This document shows positions 45,112 through 56,805 of a stretch of 64,000 bases of DNA, in pieces. Numbering within the stretch: position 1 is the stretch's first letter; every line of letters begins with the position of its first letter. The stretch is from an uncultured Candidatus Actinomarina sp. (GTDB taxonomy: Bacteria; Actinomycetota; Acidimicrobiia; Actinomarinales; Actinomarinaceae), in the NCBI GenBank assembly GCA_902555055.1, contig CACDQN010000001.1, positions 39,820 to 103,819 of the forward strand, given 5' to 3'. The notes beneath the pieces were generated by a model. The model was not told the origin of the DNA. It saw only the letters and a list, made by a program, of their open reading frames with translations, and did not search any database. The translations under genes and the position numbers were made by a program.

Positions 45112-46383
45112 TCAAATAATTATATTTTCTGTTCTCTCTGGCCCTACAGAGATAAACGTAATGGGTACTGCAATAAAGTCTTCAATAGCTTTCAAGTAGG
45201 TTTTAGCATTTGCTGGTAAGTCATCATAGTTTTTTACGGATGAAATATCGTCACTCCATCCATCAAACGTTTCGTATACTGGCTCAGCACTCTCAAGTGT
45301 TGTAAGTTCATATGGATAATCAGTAATAACTTTATTTTCTGTGTTGTAACCAATGCACAATTTCAACTCATCAAGCCCAGAGAGAACATCCAATTTAGTT
45401 ATAAATAGCTCAGTCAATGAATTAACTCTTACTGAGTATTTTAAAGATATTAAATCAAGCCACCCACACCTTCTTCTCCGACCAGTGACTACACCAAATT
45501 CTGCACCTTTTTCAATTAGATAATCTCCAATTTCATTTTTTTGTTCCGTCACAAAAGGCCCACTTCCAACACGAGAAATATATGCTTTAGTCACCCCAAC
45601 AATTCGATCTATGTTTTTAGGACCGACTCCAGAACCAACAGCTGCATTACCTGAAGATGTATTTGAGCTAGTTACAAATGGATAAGTTCCATGATCAATA
45701 TCTAAAAGTGTTCCTTGAGCTCCTTCAAATAAAATTGACTTCCCATCTTTAATTGCCTTGTCAATTAATAGTGATGTATCTGTTATATGATTGGTAACCA
45801 TATCAGTGTAAGACTTAAATTCATTAATTATCTCTTCAGCAACTAAAGGACGTTTATTATAGATTTTTGTAAGAGTTAGATTAGTTTCCTCAATATTTGC
45901 TTTAACTTTTTTCTCAAATAGATCTTGATTTAATAAGTCTTGAACTCTTATGCCTCGTCTTTGAATTTTATCTGCATAACATGGCCCAATTCCCTTTTTA
46001 GTAGTTCCTATTTTATTTTCACCTAAACTTTCTTCAATTAATTCATCAAGTAATTTATGGTAAGGCATTACTACATGGGCATTTGGGGAGATTGCTAATT
46101 TTTCAGTATTGACATTTCTTTCATTTAGCATCTCAAGCTCTTCTTTTAAAAACCCAAGATCAATTACACATCCCGAGCCAATGACCGGAATACAATTAGG
46201 ATAAAGGACTCCAGATGGTGTTAAAGACAATGCTAACTTTTCATCTCCAACTACAATAGTGTGGCCTGCGTTGTTTCCACCTTGAAATCGGACTACAAAA
46301 TCAGCGGATGATGCAAAAAAATCTGTGACTTTACCCTTACCTTCATCACCCCACTGGGCACCGAGAACTACGGTAGTGGACAA
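45112..46383 (-). CDS. purA: Adenylosuccinate synthetase
   Basis: 423 aa. GAQWGDEGKGK P-loop, GNNAGHT, GTTKKGIGP. Confidence 0.96.
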   Translation of the reverse strand: MSTTVVLGAQWGDEGKGKVTDFFASSADFVVRFQGGNNAGHTIVVGDEKLALSLTPSGVLYPNCIPVIGSGCVIDLGFLKEELEMLNERNVNTEKLAISPNAHVVMPYHKLLDELIEESLGENKIGTTKKGIGPCYADKIQRRGIRVQDLLNQDLFEKKVKANIEETNLTLTKIYNKRPLVAEEIINEFKSYTDMVTNHITDTSLLIDKAIKDGKSILFEGAQGTLLDIDHGTYPFVTSSNTSSGNAAVGSGVGPKNIDRIVGVTKAYISRVGSGPFVTEQKNEIGDYLIEKGAEFGVVTGRRRRCGWLDLISLKYSVRVNSLTELFITKLDVLSGLDELKLCIGYNTENKVITDYPYELTTLESAEPVYETFDGWSDDISSVKNYDDLPANAKTYLKAIEDFIAVPITFISVGPERTENIII

Positions 46384-46584
46384 ATTTTCTCCTTAGTTAC
46401 AACATAAGATATTAATGGCTCTTTTTATTAAACAGAACATGTTTCTTAGTCAATTTGGCAAATAATGCAAATAGTTTAATTTTTAAAGCTCTATTTTATT
46501 GAATCAAAATCAATACTGTATTAAATTAATAATTAGTCGGCTTCTAAATGAAGCTGTCTACTTTTAATTAAAAGGAGATAAACA

Positions 46585-47661
46585 TTGAATAAAAAAACAA
46601 TCGTTTTTCTGCTTGTACTTGCGTTAGTAGCCGTTGCATGTGCTACTGACACAGCAACAGAAGAGGTGGCTGTTGAAGAAGAGCACGACCATGAGGATCA
46701 CTCAACTCTTGAAGAAGTTCAAGAGCGTGGATTCCTTAAGTGTGGTGTTTCTGGTTCTGCAGTTGCTTTCTCTGAGACACAAGCTGATGGTTCTGTAACA
46801 GGAATTGATGCTGACTACTGTTATGCAGTTGCAGCAGCAGTTTTTGGTGATTACAGCAAAGTTGAATTTACAGCGCTTACTGCTGCTGAAAGATTCACTG
46901 CTTTATCAGCTGGTGAAGTAGACCTATTAATCAGAAATACAACATGGACTCAAAGCCGTGATACCGAGCTAGGTAACGACTTTGGACCAACAACCTATTA
47001 TGACGGACAACAATTAATGGGTAGAAACTCTGATGGTCTTTCTGCTTCATCTACTCTTAAAGACATTGATGGCTTAAGAGTGTGTACTAATGCTGGTACT
47101 ACAACAGAAAAGAACATTACTGAAGGTGCAAGATTAGCTGGAGCAGCTATTGAGCTTGTAACAGTTGAGGCATTCCCAGAAGCTATGGAGAAATTCAAAG
47201 CTGGAGAATGTGATCTTGTAACAACAGACGGTTCTGGTCTTGTTGGTAACAGAGCTAAAGAGGGTGCATTGAATGACTGGGCAATTTTCCCAGCATCACC
47301 AATCTCTAAAGAACCTCTTGGTCCTGTATATCGTTCAAACGATAGCCAATGGGCAGATGTCGTTAACTGGACTGTTTATGCTACATTCATCGCTGATGAG
47401 TATGGTGTAGGTAGAGCCAACGTTGATTCTTTTGACTATGATGCAAATCCAGAAATGGGAAGACTCATGGGCAAGAACGACGGCGAATTGCAAACAGTCA
47501 TGGGCTTAAGTGCCGATGCTTTCTATAACGTTATCAAGCAAGTTGGTAACTATGATGAGATTTATTCTAAAAACTTAAATCCTGTCGGACTTTATAGAGA
47601 AGGTTCTGCAAACGCACCTTGGACTGATGGCGGATTAATTTACGCACCACCAGCCAGGTAA
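46585..47661 (+). CDS. Amino-acid ABC transporter substrate-binding lipoprotein (AapJ/BztA-type, general L-amino acid)
   Basis: TTG start behind AAAGGAG. Signal peptide plus lipobox (AVA-C). The mature part resembles AapJ-type family-3 solute-binding proteins. Confidence 0.88.
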   Translation: MNKKTIVFLLVLALVAVACATDTATEEVAVEEEHDHEDHSTLEEVQERGFLKCGVSGSAVAFSETQADGSVTGIDADYCYAVAAAVFGDYSKVEFTALTAAERFTALSAGEVDLLIRNTTWTQSRDTELGNDFGPTTYYDGQQLMGRNSDGLSASSTLKDIDGLRVCTNAGTTTEKNITEGARLAGAAIELVTVEAFPEAMEKFKAGECDLVTTDGSGLVGNRAKEGALNDWAIFPASPISKEPLGPVYRSNDSQWADVVNWTVYATFIADEYGVGRANVDSFDYDANPEMGRLMGKNDGELQTVMGLSADAFYNVIKQVGNYDEIYSKNLNPVGLYREGSANAPWTDGGLIYAPPAR

Positions 47662-47682
47662 TAAAAACTTAATTGTTTTTAG

Positions 47683-47704
47683 AAAGGGGCCGAAAGGCCC
47701 CTTT
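47683..47704 (+). terminator. Intrinsic terminator/attenuator after the binding-protein gene
   Basis: AAAGGGGCC-GAAA-GGCCCCTTT hairpin with a GNRA loop, followed by a T-rich stretch. Confidence 0.7.
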
Positions 47705-47773
47705 CATATTTCTTCTTAAAGACGAATGGAAATGAAAAAGCTAGGGTGGTATTATCAATTTACTTATTGAATT

Positions 47774-49321
47774 ATGAAAAACTTTAAATTAAACACAGCG
47801 TTTTGGCGAGATGTAAGATTTCTAAAATGGGCTGGCCAAATTCTATTCTTGTTATTTATTCTTAATTTAATTCAAAACTTCTTTGGTCAGGCTATTAGAA
47901 ATTTAAATGCAACAAACCTTCCTTTTTCTTGGAGATTTTTAGGATCTACGCCTGGTATTCAAGTATCTGAAGGATTTGTTACCTATCCTGAATCTGGTTT
48001 ACAAGCTCTCCAAATTGGTATGGCTAATATGCTTAGAATTACTGTATCTGGAATATTTTTTGCAACTTTTCTTGGAACTTTAATGGGTATTGCAAGACTA
48101 TCTAAAAACTGGATAGTTGAGAGAGCAACAACAGGATTTGTCGAAACAGTCAGAAATATTCCTCTTTTAGTTCAAATATTCTTTTGGCAAGCTGTTATTT
48201 TATCTTTTCCAAGACTTGAAGAAGTTGATAGGGGACAGCACTTAGTTCATATAAGTGCAAAAGGTATCGCATTTCCATGGCTTGATGCCGGAGAGGCAAG
48301 CTGGCTATTTGGGGTGTGGTTCTTACTATCATTTTCAGTTGCTAGAAGGGTTTTTAAACTAAGGGTTGCAAAACTAGAAAGAGAGGGTGTTGATACAAAG
48401 CCAGGGCTCTTTTCTATGGGTGCTTTTATATCTTGGAATATCATAGGATGGTTTGGAGGATACAAAGCTGTAGGTGCTTTAGGACTCATTGCTTCATATA
48501 TTGCCATGTTTTTTGATTTGTTGCCACGAATTGGCCTACAAGTCCTATTTATTTCTCTTGCTTCTTATTATGCATATAAATATATTTCAAAAGAAATTAA
48601 AAGAACAAGAAGTGCTGAAAACAGAGGAATCTTAACTGATGATGATGTATTTAGAATTATTGTTGCTGCCTTATTAGTATTAGTTTTAATCGTTGGATTA
48701 TTCTTGCCTCTAGGAACTGCATTTATAGACTTTTTAATTGGAGATGAATTATTTTTTAAGGCAGATTGGGGTATACCCCAGTTTTTTGATGGAATTCAAA
48801 ATAAATTAAATTGGGAATATTCAGGCTCTCCATTTACGCTTAGTTACCCAGAAGCAATTCAGGCTGGTACATCGAAATTTACTAGGTATTCTCCAGACGT
48901 TGGAAAAATAATGTCAGTCGGATATTTTGCAACTTGGGTAGGAGTAATTTTATATACTTCTGTATTTATTTCTGAAGTTGTTCGTTCAGGAATTATGGCA
49001 GTTGCAAAAGGTCAGAGTGAAGCTGGACTATCTTTAGGATTGAGAAGAAGAACATTACTTAGGCTCATCGTCCTTCCCCAAGCGTTAAGAATAATGCTGC
49101 CGCCTATGGGTAATCAATATTTAAACTTAGCAAAAAATACGTCTCTTGGTATTGCTGTTGCCTATCCTGAGATTGTTGCAGTTGGCCAGACACTTTATAA
49201 TCAGGAAGGACAAACAATTGCAGTCTTTATTATTTGGATGGCTTTCTATTCAACAATAAGCTTAACCCTTTCATCGATAGTGAATTACTACAATAGAAGA
49301 ATGAGGATTGTGGAGAGATAA
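47774..49321 (+). CDS. Amino-acid ABC transporter permease (AapQ/BztB-like), extended
   Basis: 515 aa. C-terminal EAA-loop region (AVAKGQSEAGLSLGLRRRTLLRLIVLPQALR). Confidence 0.88.
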   Translation: MKNFKLNTAFWRDVRFLKWAGQILFLLFILNLIQNFFGQAIRNLNATNLPFSWRFLGSTPGIQVSEGFVTYPESGLQALQIGMANMLRITVSGIFFATFLGTLMGIARLSKNWIVERATTGFVETVRNIPLLVQIFFWQAVILSFPRLEEVDRGQHLVHISAKGIAFPWLDAGEASWLFGVWFLLSFSVARRVFKLRVAKLEREGVDTKPGLFSMGAFISWNIIGWFGGYKAVGALGLIASYIAMFFDLLPRIGLQVLFISLASYYAYKYISKEIKRTRSAENRGILTDDDVFRIIVAALLVLVLIVGLFLPLGTAFIDFLIGDELFFKADWGIPQFFDGIQNKLNWEYSGSPFTLSYPEAIQAGTSKFTRYSPDVGKIMSVGYFATWVGVILYTSVFISEVVRSGIMAVAKGQSEAGLSLGLRRRTLLRLIVLPQALRIMLPPMGNQYLNLAKNTSLGIAVAYPEIVAVGQTLYNQEGQTIAVFIIWMAFYSTISLTLSSIVNYYNRRMRIVER

Positions 49322-51156
49322 TGTCTGATAATTTAAATACACAAGAAAGCCCACCAGAGATTCAATTTGCTGGTGTTAATAGGTGGTTAAAAGAGAATTT
49401 ATTTTCAAGTACAGGATCTTCTATTTTAACTTTCCTTTCTGTTGGTGTAATAATTGGACTGTTTAGGTCAATTATTGGTTTTTTTATTTCTCCTGAAAGA
49501 GAGTGGACAGCAATCACATATAACTTAAGACTTTATATGGTTCAAGCCTATCCAGAATCTGATTTTATTAGAGTGTGGATAACTATTGGATTAGTTTTGG
49601 GGTTACTTGGTTTAACGTGGGGATTTAATAGTGTCAGCGAAAAAGTAAGTTTAAAGTCAACAAGCACAACGTTTATGAAAGTATTTTCCTCTATTTTTTT
49701 TCTAATACTAATTGCACCTTCTACAGTCGTAATTGACAAAGTTGAAGGAACTGAGGCTGAAGTACTCCAGCAATCACTTAGATTTTATTTACTTGGTATA
49801 TTTGGAATTTTGCTTTTATCTTCTTATTTCATTAGGACAAGATTGGCAAAGCAAGAAATGGCTAAAGACTATCTAAATATTCTTTATGTAGGTTTACTAG
49901 TCGTCGCTTTGTGGTTAATTAAAGTCCCTACTGTAACTTTTGATTCTTCTAACGTGAGGCTAGATCCAGACCCTTATATGTCACTGGCTACATCAACAAA
50001 GATTCCTTGGACTTTTCTCTACGTTCTTTTAGTTGCGACATTTTTTATTGGAAAGTATTTAAGCTCTAAAAATATTAAATCAGTCAAAAGAATTTTACCA
50101 GCTTCATGGCTACTCACACCTCTTGTAGTTGTTACATGGATTTATAGAAAACCTGATTTCACAATGACACAAATAGCAACACTAGACCTTCCAATCATTA
50201 TAGGATTTTCTCTGATTGGATATTTAGTTATTAATTTTCTAAATTCAGAGAAACTTGTACAGTATCAGAGGTTCTTTGTGTACGGCTCTTTGTTAATTGC
50301 TCTAGTGGTCTTTTCGCTTCCAGTGGTGAGGCAATTAAAACTTCCTCTCTTTATGTTGTGGATTTTGATTTCGATTGCTCCAACAATTGCAAATTCAAAA
50401 GAATCAGCTCGAAATCTGTTTATTGTTTGGACTGTTTCAATAGCAATACTGATACTTTTGATGAGAGGTGGAGCTTCAGAATCATTGATTGTTGTTCCAG
50501 GTTCTTCAATTTATGGTGGTTTTGCATTAACGTGGGTTATCGCATTTTTTGGAATTGCTATATCATTTCCATTTGGAGTAATACTCGCTCTGGGAAGAAC
50601 ATCCACTTTTCCAATAATCAGAATTATTTGTACTGCATTAATTGAGCTAGTGAGATCAGTACCGTTTATTACATGGTTGTTTTTTGGTAGCGTAATGTTG
50701 ACCTTCTTCTTACCTTCCGGAGTTGAGTTTGATGAAGTTGTAAGAGCTGTTGTGGTTACATCTATTTTCAGCGCCGCCTACTTAGCTGAAAATGTTAGGG
50801 GAGGACTTCAATCTATTAGTAAAGGACAATTTGAAGCTGCTGATGCAGTTGGATTAAGCACACTGCAGAGAATATCTCTAATTGTAATGCCACAAGCATT
50901 GAGGGCAGTTATACCTCCAATTGTCAGCCAAGTGATCAGTTTATTTAAAGACACTAGCTTAGTAGCTATTGTCGGTCTCTTTGACTTGTTATATATTGGA
51001 TCAAAAGTTATTCCAAATCAGTCACAAGGTGCAAACTTTTTAGGAACAATTCAAGAGAATATATTATTCTGTGCAATTTTTTACTGGCTATTTACTTATA
51101 GCTTTGCAAGAAGAAGCATGAAAATTGAAAAACGATTAGGATTAGGAGAAAGATAA
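49321..51156 (+). CDS. Amino-acid ABC transporter permease (AapM/BztC-like) with a long N-terminal polytopic extension
   Basis: 611 aa. The conserved permease core lies only in the last ~230 aa ([31 protein letters not shown]). Confidence 0.88.
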   Translation: MSDNLNTQESPPEIQFAGVNRWLKENLFSSTGSSILTFLSVGVIIGLFRSIIGFFISPEREWTAITYNLRLYMVQAYPESDFIRVWITIGLVLGLLGLTWGFNSVSEKVSLKSTSTTFMKVFSSIFFLILIAPSTVVIDKVEGTEAEVLQQSLRFYLLGIFGILLLSSYFIRTRLAKQEMAKDYLNILYVGLLVVALWLIKVPTVTFDSSNVRLDPDPYMSLATSTKIPWTFLYVLLVATFFIGKYLSSKNIKSVKRILPASWLLTPLVVVTWIYRKPDFTMTQIATLDLPIIIGFSLIGYLVINFLNSEKLVQYQRFFVYGSLLIALVVFSLPVVRQLKLPLFMLWILISIAPTIANSKESARNLFIVWTVSIAILILLMRGGASESLIVVPGSSIYGGFALTWVIAFFGIAISFPFGVILALGRTSTFPIIRIICTALIELVRSVPFITWLFFGSVMLTFFLPSGVEFDEVVRAVVVTSIFSAAYLAENVRGGLQSISKGQFEAADAVGLSTLQRISLIVMPQALRAVIPPIVSQVISLFKDTSLVAIVGLFDLLYIGSKVIPNQSQGANFLGTIQENILFCAIFYWLFTYSFARRSMKIEKRLGLGER

Positions 51157-51163
51157 TCAAATT

Positions 51164-51892
51164 ATGAGCATAATACAATCAATCGATGTAAAAAAATGGT
51201 ACGGCGACTTCCAAGCCTTAAAAGGAATAACAATGGATATTGGCGAAGGTGAAGTTCTTGTTATTTGTGGACCGTCAGGATCAGGTAAGTCTACGTTTAT
51301 TAGGTGTATTAATAGACTTGAACAACATCAAGATGGACAGATAATTGTTGACGGTATTGAGCTTACCAACGATCTCAAAAACATTGAAGCAATTAGGTCT
51401 GAGGTTGGAATGGTGTTCCAAAGTTTTAATCTGTTCCCACATTTAACAGTTTTACAAAATATCACCCTAGCACCGATTTGGGTTAGAAAAAAAAGCAAGG
51501 CTGATGCTGAAGAAAAAGCAATGGAATTACTTGAGAGAGTTGGAATACCAGAACAAGCAGAAAAGTTTCCAGGACAGCTTTCAGGAGGCCAACAGCAAAG
51601 AGTAGCTATTGCGAGAGCTTTAGCAATGGAGCCAAAAATAATGCTATTTGATGAACCAACATCGGCATTAGACCCTGAAATGATAAAAGAGGTTCTTGAT
51701 GTTATGAAAGAGCTTGCTCAATCAGGAATGACAATGATCGTTGTGACTCATGAAATGGGATTTGCTAAGGAAGTAGCTGATAGAGTTATGTTATTTGACG
51801 AAGGTCAGTTAGTTGAAGAAAATACACCTGATGAGTTCTTTAATAATCCAAAGAGTGATAGAACAAAATTATTCTTAAGCCAAATACTTTAA
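51164..51892 (+). CDS. Amino-acid ABC transporter ATP-binding protein (AapP/GlnQ-like)
   Basis: Walker [25 protein letters not shown], Walker [12 protein letters not shown]. Confidence 0.95.
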   Translation: MSIIQSIDVKKWYGDFQALKGITMDIGEGEVLVICGPSGSGKSTFIRCINRLEQHQDGQIIVDGIELTNDLKNIEAIRSEVGMVFQSFNLFPHLTVLQNITLAPIWVRKKSKADAEEKAMELLERVGIPEQAEKFPGQLSGGQQQRVAIARALAMEPKIMLFDEPTSALDPEMIKEVLDVMKELAQSGMTMIVVTHEMGFAKEVADRVMLFDEGQLVEENTPDEFFNNPKSDRTKLFLSQIL

Positions 51893-53031
51893 AGTCTATC
51901 CCAAAGATTCTTTTCAGCTAAGTCAATTATTGTAGCTCCCATAGCATATGCTCCATCATAGATTGCTTTATGACCTCCTTCAGTCAGGGTGGCAGCAGCA
52001 TATTCTGGTTGATGGTTTACAGCTATTTTTTCATCAATCGACAACATAGGATGTATTGATGGGAAAGCTTGAGATATATTTCCCATATCTGTTGAGCCCA
52101 AGCCCGGTCTTGTTGCATCTTTTTGCAGAATCATTTTCCTATCAACATCTAAAGCATTACTCATGAAAAGTTCATACATTGTTGTATTGTTGTTGATTTC
52201 TTCATATCGATATTCTGGTGACGTAATTTTTACTTCACATTTTGTTGATAGAGCGGCTGCATTTGCAAAGTTGTAAAAATCTTGTTCGATTTGGTCTAAG
52301 CCTTCTTTATTTAACGATCTTAAATACCATTCTGATTTTGTATAAGAGGGAATTATATTTGGCTTAAACCCGCCTTCTCTAATTACACCATGCATCCTAT
52401 TATCAGATTTCATTTGCTGTCTGTAGGTCGAGGCATTGACAAATAATTGAATCTGAGCATCTAATGCATTAATTCCCTGGTCTGGCGCACCTGCAGCATG
52501 AGCATCTTTTCCAAAAAACTCAACTGTATATTGTTGAATTGTTGTAAAAGTTGGGTTTACAACATCTTCATAACCTGGATGAATCATCATAGAACATGAA
52601 GCACCTTCAAATGCGCCGTTATCAAGAAGAATTATTTTCCCACCCCCACCTTCTTCTGCTGGAGTTCCTAAAAGTTTAACCCTTATTCCAAGGGCTTCAG
52701 CTAGGTTACTCAATGCTAGACCAGCTCCTATTGAAGCAGTAGCGATAATATTATGACCACAAGCGTGACCAATTTCAGGCAATGCATCATACTCTACACA
52801 TATAACAGTTAAAGGACCAGAATCTCCATAAGTTACATCAAAAGCAGTATCTAGATCGTGTGAAGGATAATTAACTTTTTGAGAATGATTCTCTATGAAG
52901 TTTACTAAATATTTAGACGTTTCATATTCTTCAAAGCCAAGTTCTGGATTATGGTACATCCAATCACTTACATCACATAAGCCTTTATAAATACTATCTA
53001 AGGATTTTTTAAATCTGTCTTTATTGTTCAT
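51889..53031 (-). CDS. M20 family amidohydrolase/peptidase
   Basis: 380 aa. HACGHN metal-binding motif and PAEEGGGGK block. Confidence 0.85.
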   Translation of the reverse strand: MNNKDRFKKSLDSIYKGLCDVSDWMYHNPELGFEEYETSKYLVNFIENHSQKVNYPSHDLDTAFDVTYGDSGPLTVICVEYDALPEIGHACGHNIIATASIGAGLALSNLAEALGIRVKLLGTPAEEGGGGKIILLDNGAFEGASCSMMIHPGYEDVVNPTFTTIQQYTVEFFGKDAHAAGAPDQGINALDAQIQLFVNASTYRQQMKSDNRMHGVIREGGFKPNIIPSYTKSEWYLRSLNKEGLDQIEQDFYNFANAAALSTKCEVKITSPEYRYEEINNNTTMYELFMSNALDVDRKMILQKDATRPGLGSTDMGNISQAFPSIHPMLSIDEKIAVNHQPEYAAATLTEGGHKAIYDGAYAMGATIIDLAEKNLWDRL

Positions 53032-54317
53032 GATTCAATTTTAGTAAAATATTCTACCTCATACTGGCTAGAATTGTTCCAAATAATCCAATCTAGGTTT
53101 TTATTTTCAGCTGCTTTTATATTTAACTGTACATCTTGTGTGTCATGCCAAAAGCCTTGAAGAAATGGCCTAATCTTTTCTTCTTCTATGCCTCTATTAA
53201 TTCCATCATTAAGTGCAGCAGAAACTACTTCATATGGAAAATTATTTGGATCCTGATATCCAAATGACCCTTTTGAGTAGTGAGATGGGTAAACCATTGG
53301 AGAGATAAAATCTACTGTTTCAGCTATAGTCTCTAGATGTTGTCCTATACCATTATCTGCTTTAGTTTGTAAAACATAACCAAATATATCTGCTGAAACT
53401 AAACAGCCCATTCCATTTAAAATATCTCTTGAAAATCTTAAAAAAGAATTTATGTTTTCAATTCTATTTTCATAAGTATTTTCATTTTGATAATTCAAAT
53501 CTTTTTTATTTGTGTCTGGATATCGTATATAATCAAATTGAATTTCATCGAAACCTAAAGAGCAGGCTTCAATTGCAACATTTAGAACATAATCTCTAGC
53601 TTTTTTATCTCCAGGATCTAAAAAATATTGGCCATTCTGTGAATAAGGAGAATTAGTAGTTGCATCTATGACAGATGAGTTTTTAAAATTTTTTGCAAAA
53701 TAAGGATCTTGAAACGCCACGACTCTTCCAATTAAATATATATTGAATTCTTTTTTGAATTCAAGTAATAAACTTTGGTCATATTTAACTCTTTTGTTGT
53801 TTAGTTCATTAACTTCCTGTAAGTTACTGTCATATAAAATATGACCGTTATCTGTTTTTACATCTAATACAATGGTATTTACTTTGGTTTCTGAAAGAAT
53901 AGTACTTATTGAATCCATCTTTTCTGAGTTGGTGAAATCGTAACCGTTTAAATATATACCTTTGACACCACCTTCATTTTCTTTAAGTGAACGCCATTCA
54001 AATTTTGCTAAGTACGTATTGATATTTTTGTTATTAGAAGTAGCTTCACTGGCATAAATCGTAATTAAATTTTCTAAATTTTTAGCTTCAATTATTCTAA
54101 ATTCTTTAGATTTTTTATTTAATAATAATCTATCTTCTTCATTGAAAACCAATTCATTTGGACTTGTTATTTCAGTTTTTACAACGATTGAAATGATTTC
54201 ATTTTTTAATTTCTTAACTATCTCAAAATAGCTAACACCATCATCATTTACAGAATTGATAGAGAATGGAACTATAAGAAGAATTATAAATGCTATAAAA
54301 AAAATTACCCTGTTCAT
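53028..54317 (-). CDS. Putative secreted TIM-barrel glycoside-hydrolase-like protein (DUF4015/GHL-type, tentative)
   Basis: 429 aa. N-terminal signal anchor. NTIVLDVKTDNG and FDEIQFDYIRYPD blocks recall that family. Confidence 0.6.
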   Translation of the reverse strand: MNRVIFFIAFIILLIVPFSINSVNDDGVSYFEIVKKLKNEIISIVVKTEITSPNELVFNEEDRLLLNKKSKEFRIIEAKNLENLITIYASEATSNNKNINTYLAKFEWRSLKENEGGVKGIYLNGYDFTNSEKMDSISTILSETKVNTIVLDVKTDNGHILYDSNLQEVNELNNKRVKYDQSLLLEFKKEFNIYLIGRVVAFQDPYFAKNFKNSSVIDATTNSPYSQNGQYFLDPGDKKARDYVLNVAIEACSLGFDEIQFDYIRYPDTNKKDLNYQNENTYENRIENINSFLRFSRDILNGMGCLVSADIFGYVLQTKADNGIGQHLETIAETVDFISPMVYPSHYSKGSFGYQDPNNFPYEVVSAALNDGINRGIEEEKIRPFLQGFWHDTQDVQLNIKAAENKNLDWIIWNNSSQYEVEYFTKIES

Positions 54318-54374
54318 AAGCCTATTTTTAGATTACTTTACAAATTCTTTTATTGCTAGTTTTATAATGCATGT

Positions 54375-55124
54375 ATGGAAAATCAGAGATATAAGAAAGC
54401 TGAAAAATTTTTCGAAGTGCCGGTAATGATATCTGTACTTATGCTTATACCAGTATTAATTATTGAATACTCTCAACAAAATTTAAGTAATATTGCTTAT
54501 TATTTGAATTGGGGAATATGGCTTGTTTTCCTCCTGGAATATACTGTTTTATTATATTTTGCAGAAAATAAATTTAAGTTTATTAAAACCCATAAAATTG
54601 AATTATTTATTGTAATCTTTTCTTTCCCTATCGTTCCTGAGGGCTTGCAGTCATCTGGATTTTTAAGATTCGCAAGACTACCCAGGCTTTTAAATGCATT
54701 TAGGTTCTTTAGATTAGCTGCTTTACTAACAAGATTTTCCTCAACAGTTAAATCTATATTTAACTCAAAAGGTCTCAGATTTATTGTTTACGCAACTATT
54801 GGGATAGTTTTGTTTTTTGGCTTTTTATTTTATATTTCAGAACCGGCTGTAGAAACTTTTAGTGATGGTATCTGGTGGGCACTAGTCACAATTACTACAG
54901 TAGGTTATGGAGATATCACACCACTTACTAACCTTGGGAGAATTATTGCTAGTTCTTTAATGGTTATGGGTATTGGCTTTATTGCCACAATTACTGCTGC
55001 AGTATCTTCCTATTTTATTTCTAGCTTTAGCGATAAAGAAATAACTATTAATGAATTAGGCGAAAAACTAGATAGACTTGAACAAGAGATTAAAAATTTA
55101 AAAAAGGACCTTAATGACAACTGA
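54375..55124 (+). CDS. Voltage-gated-type potassium channel (6-TM, Kv-like)
   Basis: S4-like helix with Arg every third residue (RFARLPRLLNAFRFFRLAALLTRF), selectivity filter TTVGYGD, C-terminal coiled coil. Confidence 0.88.
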   Translation: MENQRYKKAEKFFEVPVMISVLMLIPVLIIEYSQQNLSNIAYYLNWGIWLVFLLEYTVLLYFAENKFKFIKTHKIELFIVIFSFPIVPEGLQSSGFLRFARLPRLLNAFRFFRLAALLTRFSSTVKSIFNSKGLRFIVYATIGIVLFFGFLFYISEPAVETFSDGIWWALVTITTVGYGDITPLTNLGRIIASSLMVMGIGFIATITAAVSSYFISSFSDKEITINELGEKLDRLEQEIKNLKKDLNDN

Positions 55125-56805
55125 TTTACTTGTACAACTATCAAATGATTTTTTTCAAAACTCTTTAGATTCTTCACCCACATCTGCAATTATGCGTGGT
55201 CATAAAACATATTTTGACAAGTTAGAAGAACTTACGGATGAAACATTTATTGAGGAAACTAAGGTAGTCGATGGGTTTATTTCTAGGCTAGGAAAAATTG
55301 ACCAAGTTACTTTGTCAGATAGAGAAAAAGTAACTTACGGCATGCTCGATTTTGCTTTAAGTTCAAATAAAGACTCACTACTAGATAGGAGTTGGGAATT
55401 TGGTGCAGGAGTATCGGGCTTTACTGGATTTCTTATTGACTACAACCAACAAATGTTTGTTCCAGATATAGAGTCAGCCGACATGTTACTTAAAAGACTA
55501 GAGCTGTATAAGAGATTGTTTACCCAAATAGCTGCTGTGCAAAAAGTAGGATTAGATAATAATAGAGTTGCTACTGAGAGAAACTTACTTAGAACAATTG
55601 ATCAGCTAGAGAATTATCTTTCTTCAGCTATAGATCAAGACCCATTATTACTTGTAAATTTTTCTCCAGAAATATCTGATTCTCAAATATCAGAATGGAA
55701 AGAAAAAGCTAAGAAAATTATTGAATCGAATATCAGACCAACTGTATTGACTTATATGGAGCAGCTTAAATTAGAGCATCTTCCTAACGGTCGACCAGAT
55801 GAAAAGTCAGGCATTATGTGGATTGAGGGTGGAGAAGAAACATATCTCAGAGCTTTAAGAAAATATACAGGCTATAAAAATATTACAGTTGAAGAAGTAC
55901 ACCAGGTAGGGCTTTCTGAAATTGATAGACTAAAAAAAGAGTTTTTTGAAATTGGAGAAGGTGTATTTCCCGGAGTCATTACGCCAGAAGAAGTACTTCA
56001 TAAGATGCAGACCGATCCGTCAATGAGGTATGAAAGTAAAGAACAAATGCTTCAGTTAGCTGTTGATACTATTGAGAGAGCTTATAAGCCTCTTGGGGAA
56101 TGGTTTACGGTATTTCCAAAATCACCATGTAAAGTATTACCAGTCCCTGCCGCATCCGAGCAACACGCACCACCTGCGTATTACTACCCTCCATTACCTG
56201 ATGGATCAAGAGATGGAACCTATTTCTTAAATACATATAAAGCTGAGACAAAAAGTATCTTTGAAGCAGAATCTGTTGCTTTTCATGAGGCTATACCTGG
56301 ACATCATTTAGATAGAACTATTGCAGTTGAATTACAAGATGTTCCAGACTTTCAAAAGTATGTTGCTTCTACAGCATTTGTTGAAGGTTGGGGGCTTTAT
56401 TCAGAGCAATTAGCAAATGAAATGGGTCTTTACTCAAATGACGTTCAACAGTTAGGAAGACTTGGAAATGACGCTTGGAGAGCTTGTCGTCTAGTTCTTG
56501 ATACAGGCATGCATGGTATGGGATGGTCTAGAGATAAAGCAATTGAATTTTTTAAAGCAAATTCACCTATTGAAGAAATAAATTCTGAAATTGAGACCGA
56601 TAGATACATTGCTTGGCCAGGACAAGCTTGTTCCTATAAGATGGGCCAACTAAAGATTGAAGAACTTCGGAGAAAAGCCGAAAATGAGCTAGGTGATAAA
56701 TTCGACATCAGATACTTCCATGATGAAGTCTTATGCGATGGGGGAATAACGCTTCCAATTTTAGAAAATAAGATTGATACATTTATTGCAAAGCATAAAA
56801 GCTAA
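55114..56805 (+). CDS. DUF885 family protein (metallopeptidase-like)
   Basis: 563 aa. HEAIPGHH motif and overall DUF885 length. Confidence 0.8.
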   Translation: MTTDLLVQLSNDFFQNSLDSSPTSAIMRGHKTYFDKLEELTDETFIEETKVVDGFISRLGKIDQVTLSDREKVTYGMLDFALSSNKDSLLDRSWEFGAGVSGFTGFLIDYNQQMFVPDIESADMLLKRLELYKRLFTQIAAVQKVGLDNNRVATERNLLRTIDQLENYLSSAIDQDPLLLVNFSPEISDSQISEWKEKAKKIIESNIRPTVLTYMEQLKLEHLPNGRPDEKSGIMWIEGGEETYLRALRKYTGYKNITVEEVHQVGLSEIDRLKKEFFEIGEGVFPGVITPEEVLHKMQTDPSMRYESKEQMLQLAVDTIERAYKPLGEWFTVFPKSPCKVLPVPAASEQHAPPAYYYPPLPDGSRDGTYFLNTYKAETKSIFEAESVAFHEAIPGHHLDRTIAVELQDVPDFQKYVASTAFVEGWGLYSEQLANEMGLYSNDVQQLGRLGNDAWRACRLVLDTGMHGMGWSRDKAIEFFKANSPIEEINSEIETDRYIAWPGQACSYKMGQLKIEELRRKAENELGDKFDIRYFHDEVLCDGGITLPILENKIDTFIAKHKS

